A stretch of 63,748 bases of DNA, filler included, from Octopus bimaculoides (lineage: Eukaryota), in the NCBI RefSeq assembly GCF_001194135.2. It is 6 parts of 6 records of this genome, joined end to end, with 100 filler letters (N's around TTAATTAATTAA, not from the genome) between each part and the next. Parts side by side here need not be neighbours in the genome. Positions count along the whole stretch, not along the records: positions 25,771 to 49,673 come from NC_069001.1; 5 more parts are not named here. One strand, 5' to 3'. Below the pieces are notes generated by a model, which worked only from the letters and a program-made list of their open reading frames with translations, had not been told where the DNA came from and made no database searches. The stretch's first letter is position 1; the number at the start of each line of letters is the position of its first letter. Shown one piece after another: positions 30,007 through 42,611 of this stretch. Position numbers and translations under genes: made by a program.

Positions 30007-30284
30007 TGTATGTATGTATATACATATAGCCATACGTATACTTGTGAGTGCGTTTGTATGTATATATATATATATATATATATATACCCGTGCACACACA
30101 CTCACTCACACAGACACACACATATATATATATATATACATAAATACACAAGACATTCATATATCGGTATATACATATAGATATGCATATATATGTGTAT
30201 AAGTATATATATACATGTGTGTGTATGTGTGTATGTACGTATGTATGTATATGCATATAATATATAAACGCATATTTGTGCCTG

Positions 30285-30324
<40 letters not shown>

Positions 30325-30532
30325 CATATTCCAGTTCTCACCGTCTCACCCTCCCTATTTCACCCACTTTATCCTCAGTCTCTCCACTCCCCATCTTTTC
30401 TGTGCGTTTCTCTGTTGCATCCATTTTGTTTGTTTTTTTTTGTCTGACAGATGTTGACAGGCCTGCATCCGATTGCCATTGATGGTGTATATCAGTGAAG
30501 AGATTCTGTATCAGTGTAAGATACCTGGCAAG

Positions 30533-30665
30533 AAGAAAAAATGTTTGCAGAGGAAGTGCCGTGAAGATGCCACATGGTCAAAAGTAAAAGGTCAGATTTA
30601 TAAATCCATGACTAATGTCACCTCTTCAGCTGATATCCTGCAGCAATTCGCTGCACGTTTTCTCT
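30533..30665. ncRNA. Candidate pre-miRNA hairpin, copy 1 (strand uncertain, minus slightly favoured)
   Basis: Arms 30562-30580 and 30609-30628 pair at 16 positions. Near-identical to 35431-35562, with the only substitution in the loop. Confidence 0.5.
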
Positions 30666-30950
30666 GTCTGTCGGTCTGTCTCTCTCTTTTCCCGCTCTCC
30701 CCTCACTTTCTCTATCTCTCTATCTCTCCTAATCTTTATCTATCTATCTATTTCTATCTGTGTCTCACTAGCACATACACACAACCTCTGACAAACATAC
30801 ACGCACGCACACACAAAGACAGAGGCAAGCATTTTCTCTATCCGTTTCTCCTAATGATCGGATGAAGGTCTGTAGTACAGTGTATTTAACTAAGAAACAA
30901 ACTAAATAGAGACACGTACATACATAAACGTATGTATGTGTGTGTATATA

Positions 30951-30985
<35 letters not shown>

Positions 30986-31709
30986 NNNNNNNNNNNNNNN
31001 NNNNNNNNNNNNNNNNNNNNNNNNNNNNNNNNNNNNNNNNNNNNNNNNNNNNNNNNNNNNNNNNNNNNNNNNNNNNNNNNNNNNNNNNNNNNNNNNNNNN
31101 NNNNNNNNNNNNNNNNNNNNNNNNNNNNNNNNNNNNNNNNNNNNNNNNNNNNNNNNNNNNNNNNNNNNNNNNNNNNNNNNNNNNNNNNNNNNNNNNNNNN
31201 NNNNNNNNNNNNNNNNNNNNNNNNNNNNNNNNNNNNNNNNNNNNNNNNNNNNNNNNNNNNNNNNNNNNNNNNNNNNNNNNNNNNNNNNNNNNNNNNNNNN
31301 GCTCTTTTACTTGTTTCAGTCATTTGACTGTGGCCATGCAGAAGCACTGCCTTTAGTCGCGCAAATCGCCCCCAGGACTTATTCTTTGTAAGCCTAGTAC
31401 TTATCCTATCGGTCTCCTCCGTTAATATATATCGATAAAAAAGCACTTTCGAAGCGTCTGTTATTACTTACTATCACAAATTTGCATATTTGTTGCCAAA
31501 CTTTACGTTCACTGCAGAGTAGGGTTTAACATATGATAAACAATATTGATACGTTCTGGCAAAATTTTTCGTTTTCATTTGCAACACAGTCTCTCGCTTT
31601 CTCTCTCGCGCGCCTCTAATCGTTTTCATTAATAATAATTTATATTTATTTCAATGTTTTCATTTCAAGTTTTATTTCCTTATTTCAGAGGAGGAAATCA
31701 GATATTTTA

Positions 31710-33000
31710 TTGACTGAAATTCGCTGCGTAAATGCCCTCAGTTTCTAGTTTATCCTCATCCTCGAAAACAATACATTCCTTCTCAACGGAAGAAAAAAAC
31801 CACCTCCAAATTTGAGGCACAGCTATGGGGAGGAGATTTGCTCCAGTTTTCGTGAAATCAGTACTGGGATATTTGGAACAAAACCTATATCAAAAAATTG
31901 AAGAAAACTACGGCCTGACCTTTAGAAAACATACAGAGGACACATCGAAAAGATACCTATGATCGTTTCCTAATTTGGACGAAATCCCTAGAAAACGTGG
32001 TATAATTCAGCACCCTTCTTCAACAATCTATACCCTCGTCTCAAATTCACAAGAGAAAAGAGCAACACAGAATTACCATTTCTTGATATAATGGTAATTA
32101 AAAACAACACCACAATCACAGCTGATATTTATTACAAAAGCACAGATACCAGTATCTAATTTTGAATTATGCTACCCAACACACAGAAAACGCAACATCC
32201 TGTACTGTCGTCTCACCAACAAAATTGGTACTATAGTAGACGATCCAAATACCAGGAACATACGACTTATAGAACTCGAAAGATTTCTGCTCAAGCATAA
32301 ATACCCTCTCCTACTCATAGAAAATAGCATACAACTAGCAAAAGAGATACCTATAGAACAACTTAGGGCAACACGAGAGAGATGAACTCATCAACGGAAC
32401 ACAATAACACGCAACACACATCACCAAAACATTTTTAACAACATCAAAATAAATTTGCCAATCATGAAACAAAGTGAAGAATAAAAAAATATAACTAATC
32501 AAACACTTATCTTAAGCAAAAGGCAACCATATAACCTAAAGAAACTATTAGCAAAGGCAAAATGCAACACGAACTAACAAGCTAAAACATTCACAGTATC
32601 CAAATGTAATGATAACAGATGTGGAACATGCATACTGGTAGATCTATTAGAACAAAAATATTGACATATTTTCACAAATGCAGATATGAACTGCAAAAGC
32701 AGAAATTTAATTTACTGCGTTAAATGCCCTAATTGCGAGGAACTATATATTAGTGAAAGATGCAATGCATTATCGGAACGCTCACAAGTTCACAGACAAC
32801 AAATCCGGAACATTAATGTTCGCCAAACTCCATTGAGCGAACATATAGAAACATGTGGTCAGAAAATGTTTCTAATTTTTCCTTTCCACAAACTACATGA
32901 TACAAGTGAGGTTGGAAGAAAGATAAAAGGAAAAAGCTTTATAAAAATGTTCAAACCTGCTCCGAACGGAAATTACAACAATAATATAACAACCAGTTAA
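31710..33000 (+). mobile_element. Penelope-like element, RT C-terminal part plus GIY-YIG endonuclease, frameshifted
   Basis: ILENNTF...GTAMGRRFAPVF (GGC at 31816)...LPFLDIMVIK...DIYYKSTDT; ORF 32686 CKSRNLIYCVKCPNCEELYISE...HRQQI...PLSEH. Confidence 0.9.
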
Positions 33001-33437
33001 TGATGTGGAATAAAATATTTAACACACTTCAACATTGTAAATTTTTTTTAATACAATAATGAGAAACATGAAAAACAGAACACGCTGTAACTTTATTCAG
33101 CTGATATATTATTCTGTACGCATTCAAGCACAAATTCGGAAGAGAATATATATATATTTATATTGATATTTATATTGATATTTATAATTGTATGTATATT
33201 ATTAGCCAATAAAACGAATGGTTTATACCTGGTAGCTTACAAGCAAGCCATGGTCACTTTCACAGTGTTCGTTATGTAATTTTTTCGCTGTATTGTGTGA
33301 TAGTTTCTTTTTGCTATTGTTATTTTATTATTGATCTTCTATATCAATGAAGCTACATCCTTTGTTTTGCTGCTTTTCTTCACAAGAACTGAGAAGATGC
33401 ATTTCGGAAGTGTTATTTTAAGGAGTTGCATCTTAAT

Positions 33438-33543
33438 ATCGCTCGAAGAGACACATCTGCACCGTCGGATGCTCCTGAACCAGTTGTTCATTACCCCATC
33501 CGTGAGGGATCGATGATAGTTGTGTTGAAACGATTGTAGTGAT
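33438..33543 (+). ncRNA. Type I hammerhead motif downstream of the PLE, core TCGAAGA, long branched stem II
   Basis: Stem I atcgc/gtgat; TCGAAGA 33443-33449; stem II gacac/gtgtt; GAAAC-gatt-GTA 33527-33538. Confidence 0.65.
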
Positions 33544-34029
33544 TAATAAAAACTCTCATACCTTCCATTTTCCGTCTCTCATAANNNNNNNNNNNNNNNN
33601 NNNNNNNNNNNNNNNNNNNNNNNNNNNNNNNNNNNNNNNNNNNNNNNNNNNNNNNNNNNNNNNNNNNNNNNNNNNNNNNNNNNNNNNNNNNNNNNNNNNN
33701 NNNNNNNNNNNNNNNNNNNNNNNNNNNNNNNNNNNNNNNNNNNNNNNNNNNNNNNNNNNNNNNNNNNNNNNNNNNNNNNNNNNNNNNNNNNNNNNNNNNN
33801 NNNNNNNNNNNNNNNNNNNNNNNNNNNNNNNNNNNNNNNNNNNNNNNNNNNNNNNNNNNNNNNNNNNNNNNNNNNNNNNNNNNNNNNNNNNNNNNNNNNN
33901 NNNNNNNNNNNNNNNNNNNNNNNNNNNNNNNNNNNNNNNNNNNNNNNNNNNNNNNNNNNNNNNNNNNNNNNNNNNTATATATACATATATATAAGTATAG
34001 TGAGAATTTACAAAAAATCAATAGACGAA

Positions 34030-34150
34030 GACGGGTGTATAAACAACAAACAGACGTATTAGTTTAACGCTCGGGAAGTGAGAAAGTCTTTTACGTTTCG
34101 AGCCTACGCTCTTCGACAGAAAAGAACGCAAGAATAAACAGGGAGAGAAA
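34030..34150 (-). mobile_element. PLE pseudo-LTR fragment with minimal hammerhead (TCGAAGA core)
   Basis: Minus strand TCGAAGA-GCGTAGGCTC-GAAAC-GTA; homologous to 27030-27125. Confidence 0.55.
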
Positions 34151-35430
34151 ATAAAAGAGGTTTAATGGCTAGCGATCTATATAAGTATAGCCGTCACTCT
34201 CAAGCGAATATGACGGTGAAGTTTGTACCAAGTTCTTGCACATTGCTTCTTGTACATGTGTAATATGTACAAATATAATCATTCACAACAAATATAATCA
34301 CCCACGCGACACGACCAACCTTGACCTAACGTAGCATCAATAATGTGATTGCTGAAGGGGAAGACAGGATTAGGTAGGGAGGGAGTAACACCAGAAGGTT
34401 GTGGGCTACTATTTTATGCAGAGTAAACAGTCGCTCTCTCTCTCTCTNNNNNNNNNNNNNNNNNNNNNNNNNNNNNNNNNNNNNNNNNNNNNNNNNNNNN
34501 NNNNNNNNNNNNNNNNNNNNNNNNNNNNNNNNNNNNNNNNNNNNNNNNNNNNNNNNNNNNNNNNNNNNNNNNNNNNNNNNNNNNNNNNNNNNNNNNNNNN
34601 NNNNNNNNNNNNNNNNNNNNNNNNNNNNNNNNNNNNNNNNNNNNNNNNNNNNNNNNNNNNNNNNNNNNNNNNNNNNNNNNNNNNNNNNNNNNNNNNNNNN
34701 NNNNNNNNNNNNNNNNNNNNNNNNNNNNNNNNNNNNNNNNNNNNNNNNNNNNNNNNNNNNNNNNNNNNNNNNNNNNNNNNNNNNNNNNNNNNNNNNNNNN
34801 NNNNNNNNNNNNNNNNNNNNNNNNNNNNNNNNNNNNNNNNNNNNNNNNNNNNNNNNNNNNNNNNNNNNNNNNNNNNNNNNNNNNNNNNNNNNNNNNNNNN
34901 NNNNNNNNNNNNNNNNNNNNNNNNNNNNNNNNNNNNNNNNNNNNNNNNNNNNNNNNNNNNNNNNNNNNNNNNNNNNNNNNNNNNNNNNNNNNNNNNNNNN
35001 NNNNNNNNNNNNNNNNNNNNNNNNNNNNNNNNNNNNNNNNNNNNNNNNNNNNNNNNNNNNNNNNNNNNNNNNNNNNNNNNNNNNNNNNNNNNNNNNNNNN
35101 NNNNNNNNNNNNNNNNNNNNNNNNNNNNNNNNNNNNNNNNNNNNNNNNNNNNNNNNNNNNNNNNNNNNNNNNNNNNNNNNNNNNNNNNNNNNNNNNNNNN
35201 NNNNNNNNNNNNNNNNNNNNNNNNNNNNNNNNNNNNNNNNNNNNNNNNNNNNNNNNNNNNNNNNNNNNNNNNNNNNNNNNNNNNNNNNNNNNNNNNNNNN
35301 NNNNNNNNNNNNNNNNNNNNNNNNNNNNNNNNNNNNNNNNNNNNNNNNNNNNNNNNNNNNNNNNNNNNNNNNNNNNNNNNNNNNNNNNNNNNNNNNNNNN
35401 NNNNNNNNNNNNNNNNNNNTCTAGACTCAC

Positions 35431-35562
35431 AAGAAAAATGTTTGCAGAGGAAGTGCCGTGAAGATGCCACATGGTCAAAAGTAAAAGGTCAGATTCATAA
35501 ATCCATGACTAATGTCACCTCTTCAGCTGATATCCTGCAGCAATTCGCTGCACGTTTTCTCT
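35431..35562. ncRNA. Candidate pre-miRNA hairpin, copy 2
   Basis: Arms 35459-35477 and 35506-35525 are identical to copy 1; loop gattCata versus gattTata. Confidence 0.5.
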
Positions 35563-35864
35563 TTCTTCCTCTCTCTCTCTCTCTCTCGGTGTCTCTCACT
35601 CTCCCCCCTCTCTCAAACATATACGCAGACATCAAAATAGGCAGACATAAAGACAAACACACGCAGGCATCCTCTCCCTCCCTCATGACCGTCTGAGGAT
35701 GAGGCATACAACAGTGCACTTAGCTAAGCGAAAAAGTTAAAAAAAAAACTTAGCATACATACGTATGCAAATACACAGACGCACATATTCATGGATATTT
35801 ACAGAAATACACACACACACACACACTGACGGATTTATATATGTGTGCATGTGTGTGTATGTAT

Positions 35865-35901
<37 letters not shown>

Positions 35902-36489
35902 TGTATATATATGCCAATGTACGCATACACTCATACAAATGTCTTCCGTAAAATATATATCACTATCAATCTTAGTGACGTGCTTTTCACATAAGTGCTC
36001 AACTAATATTCATATAAATTAGAAACTGTTTGGGGCTAGATCACTATGTCTGCGCACTGGATGAATCAACCAACATAGTCAATTGTTTATGAATGATATA
36101 TAACATTTATCATTTCCCATTATCTCCGCCAGCAGCAGAATACGCACTAACATGAAATATTTGCCACCATAATATGAATTTATGTTATTGGACATACCAC
36201 ATGTTAGTTTTATAAGCCATACTTTTTTTGTGCTAGCTTAGAGCGTGTTGGAAGTGTGTCCTAATTTTGGTATTTTCCTTGTCATAGATGTAATGCCTTC
36301 ACCGCAGCTAAAGAGCTCAATCTAGCCTTACAAAAATTAATTTCACCCATAGACGAGACACTAGTAGGTACTACAGTTCCGGGTCAGAACGGACCTATTA
36401 GTTGCCTCCATAGTATGTATTTATGTGTTTGGACATTCCTCACGTTAGTTTCATCATCCATTCCCTTCATCGCTGACTTAGGATTAAGT

Positions 36490-36895
36490 CGATTACCAAA
36501 AAGATTGATCTTTGGCGAGCTACAAAAAGGAAAGCGCTCACAAGGCGGCTAAAAGAAGCGCTTTAAGGACACACTGAAAGCCTCACTGAATGCCTTCAAC
36601 ATCAGCCATGACACTTGGGAGCGGTCTTCTGTAGACAGGGAAAGGTGGCGATCAGCTGTCCACAAGGGTGCCAACACATGTGAGACCAATAGGATCGCTG
36701 CTGCAGAAGACCGCAGACAAGCCAGGAAGAACAGAGCTAACAACCCTATAGCAGGCGCTACCATTCCCTGTCCACACTGTCAAAGACTCTTTCGTGTGCA
36801 GATTGGCCTCACTAGCCATCTGCGGACTCACAAAACAAGCCCACCCCACCCCAGGATGACTAGATGGTCTTCGTCGCATCCACGGACAAACTACA
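36490..36895 (+). mobile_element. RTE (BovB-like) LINE 3' end
   Basis: RLPKRLIFGELQKGKRSQGG*KKRFKDTLKASL...W...DRERWRSAVHKG...CPHCQRLFRVQIGLTSHLRTH, with a single stop. Confidence 0.92.
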
Positions 36896-37399
36896 GGACA
36901 TGTTGGAAGAAGATATTAATTTTGGAGTTTTCCTTCTAGATTGATTGCTTACATCGCAGCTAAGGAACTCAATCTACCCTTGTAAAAATCTATTTAACGC
37001 ATAGATAGGACCTTAACATGCCTTCCCGTATCAAGCCAAAAGGGACATGGGAGTAATAGTAATTAAAGGTGACTCTATGCTTCACACAACTCTAGAATTC
37101 TCGAACTGGAGTGTCGTCACCAGATGCAGTTTAATGTTAAGCCCAAAACTTTCCTTGCAGTATGTCTTGTATCACGATCGGTATATCTGATCACCCGGCG
37201 CAGAGAAGATAAAATCTGTCTTCCATGAGCAGTATAAAACTCCACGTTACGCAGGATTAGGTACATAAATCTTCTCATGAAAAACGGATGCAATTTATAT
37301 CCACGCAGAAGAAACTATCTTTCAAAAAAAGCAAAAAAAAGCAACTTCAAATTGTCCCACTTCGAATTTACTTTCCTAAGGACGTAAGTAATACGTTAA

Positions 37400-37900
37400 A
37401 AATATCCGTACTGCATAAGTTGCGTCATAATTAGTCTTAGAAAAATATTTTTCGTCATAGTGCTCAACTACTGTCAATATAAATTTTGGATTATGTGGAG
37501 CTACGACAGATTGACTGAGTCAGCCTCAGTATATGACTTTAGGTTGTACGGGGTATATAAAACTGCCTGTGACGAGGGAATGTATCACAAAACGGTCATA
37601 TTTCATATCCACCTGGATGAAATTATCTTTCAATGAATATCAACTTCAAACTGTACATGGAATTAACTTCTTAAGATTACGAACAGTCTGTTCGGAGACG
37701 TATGCATATTGCATAAGGCACATAATATACAGTCTTAGCAAAGGTGATTGTTTTCTTAACAAATTGCTGAAATTATGTCAATGCAAATTATCGAGTTTAT
37801 AGTGTGAAATGTACGGAATGTGTTGAAATTTGATACACGTTATAAGAAAAATCTGTATCCGAATGAAAAAGCAAATAATAAGACCGGAGGAGTTGGAACG
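37400..37900 (+). pseudogene. LRR gene relic fragment
   Basis: KLRHN*S*KNIFRHSAQLLSI*ILDY; ORF 37533 MKLSFNE... and SLSKGDCFLNKLLKLCQCKLSSL. Confidence 0.4.
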
Positions 37901-38748
37901 TTTTCGAAGATGGTATCTCAATCAAAAGTCACCTGGTTTTAAACAACAGCACCAACATGAAATTCATCAGTCGGTTTGTATGTAAGGGAATTTATATACA
38001 TATATATATATATAAATTCAACTTATTTTGAAAGTCAACAAAGTCTGCTTTAGAAGCGTTCAGATGTATTGAAAGATACAGATGAGGAAATAATTTTATT
38101 CTCAAACGCAGGATAATGCTAATAATAGAGCAACAACAGGATAAACTATCCATATTTTGCAGAAAAATCTATCGGCGGTCAGCCATGAGACTTGAACTCA
38201 CATCCCTGTGATTACGCGTCAAGTGCTTTACCATTAAGCTAAAGTGCTCAGCGACAAATTCTTCTGCAATCTTAGGATATATAAATCTAGCTTTATAAGA
38301 TGCTATCGTACGTTATATTAATAGTTATCGCCAAGCTAACATGGCAGTCCAGAAAAATAGGACGAATGCTGCCGTTGATTAGTTCCAAGAGGCCATCGCC
38401 TCTANNNNNNNNNNCCGTTGATTAGTTCCAAGAGGCCATCGCCTCTAGTTAGCTATGTGACACACGAACCTGTGTCCATTATAACCTTCGAATAGGGGAG
38501 GTCACATGATATAGCAACAATATATCACGCAAATAAGAACCACGTGTGTTATAAAAGGAAGAAAAATATCGGCAGGACAATGACTGATACAAAAAAAACA
38601 ACAACACAAAAAAAACAAGGTGGACACTGGTAAAAGAAATTTTGTCAATTCACTGCCCTATTATGTGCATAGAAAATAATGTGAAATATATTATGGGATA
38701 CGAATGTATATGCATTGCTTATACATGTGTATAGAAAAATTGGATATA

Positions 38749-38984
38749 CAGTAATCTCTCGCGATATCGCGATCCACCTATCGCGGTTGACCTGTCTCAG
38801 TTTATTATATAAGCTTACGTCGATTCCTCTGTGGTGTTATTTTGTAGTTATAATAAAATAAGTATGTACAAATTATAAAAATAATTTTAAAAATGTACAG
38901 TACTGTGTTGTTTCTACTTCGCGGATTTTCACCCACCGCGCGTGGTTTCGGAACGTAACACCCGCGATAATCGAGGGATCACTG
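38749..38984. mobile_element. Tigger/pogo-type MITE
   Basis: TIRs CAGTAATCTCTCGCGATATCGCG ... CGCGATAATCGAGGGATCACTG, flanked by TA on both sides (38747-48 and 38985-86). Confidence 0.88.
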
Positions 38985-39839
38985 TATAATAATGTACACG
39001 TGAAAATATTAATGAAAGTGAACACAAACCACCAAAACCAATATGAAGATCAACATAGTACTCTATATTAACGCACGCAAAATTCGTCACCTTCACATAC
39101 TTACACAAATACGCACAGGCACAAAAACGCACGCATGCAAAATTACACGACTTATCGACTATATATACACACAAACACGGTACTATATATACACACAAAC
39201 AAGAAATCATGTGTACATATAGATACGTAATACCTGAATAATACAACGTGTCTACACGGAATATATTACATAATACATNNNNNNNNNNNNNNNNNNNNNN
39301 NNNNNNNNNNNNNNNNNNNNNNNNNNNNNNNNNNNNNNNNNNNNNNNNNNNNNNNNNNNNNNNNNNNNNNNNNNNNNNNNNNNNNNNNNNNNNNNNNNNN
39401 NNNNNNNNNNNNNNNNNNNNNNNNNNNNNNNNNNNNNNNNNNNNNNNNNNNNNNNNNNNNNNNNNNNNNNNNNNNNNNNNNNNNNNNNNNNNNNNNNNNN
39501 NNNNNNNNNNNNNNNNNNNNNNNNNNNNNNNNNNNNNNNNNNNNNNNNNNNNNNNNNNNNNNNNNNNNNNNNNNNNNNNNNNNNNNNNNNNNNNNNNNNN
39601 NNNNNNNNNNNNNNNNNNNNNNNNNNNNNNNNNNNNNNNNNNNNNNNNNNNNNNNNNNNNNNNNNNNNNNNNNNNNNNNNNNNNNNNNNNNNNNNNNNNN
39701 NNNNNNNNNNNNNNNNNNNNNNNNNNNNNNNNNNNNNNNNNNNNNNNNNNNNNNNNNNNNNNNNNNNNNNNNNNNNNNNNNNNNNNNNNNNNNNNNNNNN
39801 NNNNNNNNNNNNNNNNNNNNNNNNNNNNNNNNNNNNNNN

Positions 39840-40075
39840 ATATACTGACATACATACAAACATGCATACACATACATATACAAGATGCATATCTATATAC
39901 CGGCATACATAAAAACATGCATACATATACACGTGCAAAATGCATATCTACATACTGACATACATACAAACACGCATACACATACACGTACAAAATGCAT
40001 ATCTACATACTGACATACTTACATACAAACATGCATGCATACACACATACAAAAATGTATACCTACATAGATACA
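39840..40075. repeat. ~50-55 bp minisatellite, 4-5 diverged units
   Basis: Unit approximately actgacatacatacaaacatgcatacacatacatatacaa(a)atgcatatctacat. Confidence 0.75.
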
Positions 40076-41442
40076 AACATATACGCAGACATATACACAT
40101 ATACATGGATATACAAAACACGCATACACACACACACACACACCTCCATACATAAATCCAAACACCATACGCGCCAAGACGACATGCGCTAATGAGAGAG
40201 TAAGACTTCGAAAGAAAGACATTGAAGCGATGTGGTTTTAGTATGACATTTCAGAATTGCACTTTGGGCACGAAAAACTCAAGCAGGGCCGCTTACGTTG
40301 CGAACCTGACCTTTATTTTAATAAAATCTGCTCATGTGAATTGTTCTTATTGCTTTTACACGTATCTACACACGCACTCACACACTAACACACTACACAC
40401 ACGCACACAAATACACACAGAGTGAGAAATGTGTGTTTGCGTGTGTCTTCAGAAATTGTGATACAAATACACAAATGAACAAAATCAATATACATATATG
40501 CGTGTGTGTGTGTGTGTGTGTGTNNNNNNNNNNTGTGTGTGTGTGTGTGTGTGCGTGTGTGTGTGGCAATCGCATATTCATAATCATATGAAAATCTGAA
40601 AATATTTACGTACACATATATGCGTATATACTTGTGTGTAAACATAAACCTATGTGAGTGAGTGCATATATATGTATATATGAACATACACACACTCACA
40701 CACACACACACACACACACACNNNNNNNNNNNNNNNNNNNNNNNNNNNNNNNNNNNNNNNNNNNNNNNNNNNNNNNNNNNNNNNNNNNNNNNNNNNNNNN
40801 NNNNNNNNNNNNNNNNNNNNNNNNNNNNNNNNNNNNNNNNNNNNNNNNNNNNNNNNNNNNNNNNNNNNNNNNNNNNNNNNNNNNNNNNNNNNNNNNNNNN
40901 NNNNNNNNNNNNNNNNNNNNNNNNNNNNNNNNNNNNNNNNNNNNNNNNNNNNNNNNNNNNNNNNNNNNNNNNNNNNNNNNNNNNNNNNNNNNNNNNNNNN
41001 NNNNNNNNNNNNNNNNNNNNNNNNNNNNNNNNNNNNNNNNNNNNNNNNNNNNNNNNNNNNNNNNNNNNNNNNNNNNNNNNNNNNNNNNNNNNNNNNNNNN
41101 NNNNNNNNNNNNNNNNNNNNNNNNNNNNNNNNNNNNNNNNNNNNNNNNNNNNNNNNNNNNNNNNNNNNNNNNNNNNNNNNNNNNNNNNNNNNNNNNNNNN
41201 NNNNNNNNNNNNNNNNNNNNNNNNNNNNNNNNNNNNNNNNNNNNNNNNNNNNNNNNNNNNNNNNNNNNNNNNNNNNNNNNATATATATATATATACATAT
41301 ATATGTTTATATATTTGTCAGTTTACCAATAGTTTTATCTTTATATATCTATCTATCTATTTATATATATATGTATAAAAGAAACATAATTAAGGTAAAT
41401 AACACTGATATACACACAAACACACACTCACACAAACACACA

Positions 41443-41477
<35 letters not shown>

Positions 41478-41843
41478 ATACACATATTCACATACATACG
41501 CACACACTGCACGCTCTCACACACACATACACGCACATACATACACATACATACACACACACATACACATGTACACACATTAATATTCAGTTTTGATTTT
41601 TGTACGAAATGGATAAACTACCAGCCGAATTCTTTATGAAAATTTTTTTTTATTCTTCTCCAGAACAAAGACAATAAAATCGGAATGGTAAAAATTCTTC
41701 GATTTCGGTTCCCAAAAAATATTTTCTCTATAAATATCTGAAAAATAAACTGTTAACATTTGATACAAGTTAGAAATTTACAATAAGTTTCAGCTTTATT
41801 TTATTTTAAAAACCCACACCCATCGAAGTACTCATATGGGGGG

Positions 41844-41875
<32 letters not shown>

Positions 41876-41898
41876 TGTATGTATGTATATGTGTGTCT

Positions 41899-41948
<50 letters not shown>

Positions 41949-42093
41949 TGTTATTTGCATGTGTATTTGTTTAAAGATACAAATACATGAATGAACACAC
42001 ACACACATATATATATGCGGGTATATATATATATTTAGATAGATAGATAGAGAGAGAGAGAAAAAGAAAGAAAGAACGAAAGAAAGAAAAATT

Positions 42094-42144
<51 letters not shown>

Positions 42145-42579
42145 GAAAATACCTATGCTTATATATATATACTTATTTATATATCTGTGTGTATTTACGT
42201 ACCTGCGTGTATGTATGTGTTTGTGTATAATCATGCATATATGTATATAAGTATATACATACACACACACACACACACAGACACACACAAACAAATACAT
42301 ATCCACGCACACACGCACAGCATGTATACCCATACCCATACACACAGATTGCAATACATATGTAGAAGAAAATATACCAACACTTACAATATACCAACAC
42401 TTACAAGTTGAAATTTGAACTTTGCAGACTTCAACGTCATCATCATAATCGTCGTCTTCGTCGTCATCGTCGTCGCCATCATCATCATCATCATAATCAT
42501 CATCATCATTACCATCATCATCATCGTTTGTCATTATTTTCATTCTTAGAACTCATTTTTATACTTAAATATGTTTATA

Positions 42580-42611
<32 letters not shown>

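Noticed and set aside
30533-30665. Alternative readings of the twin element: C/D snoRNA (GTGAAGA...CTGA), SECIS, coding exon, RT relic (FINLT..FDHV on minus)
   Set aside because: Box C is imperfect and I found no rRNA or snRNA guide match; SECIS helix II does not pair; near-zero divergence fits poorly with a coding exon or neutral TE. The arm/loop pattern fits a miRNA better, though these are not formally excluded.
38372-38447. 33-bp direct repeat across a 10-N gap
   Set aside because: Identical sequence on both sides of a minimal gap is an unmerged contig overlap.
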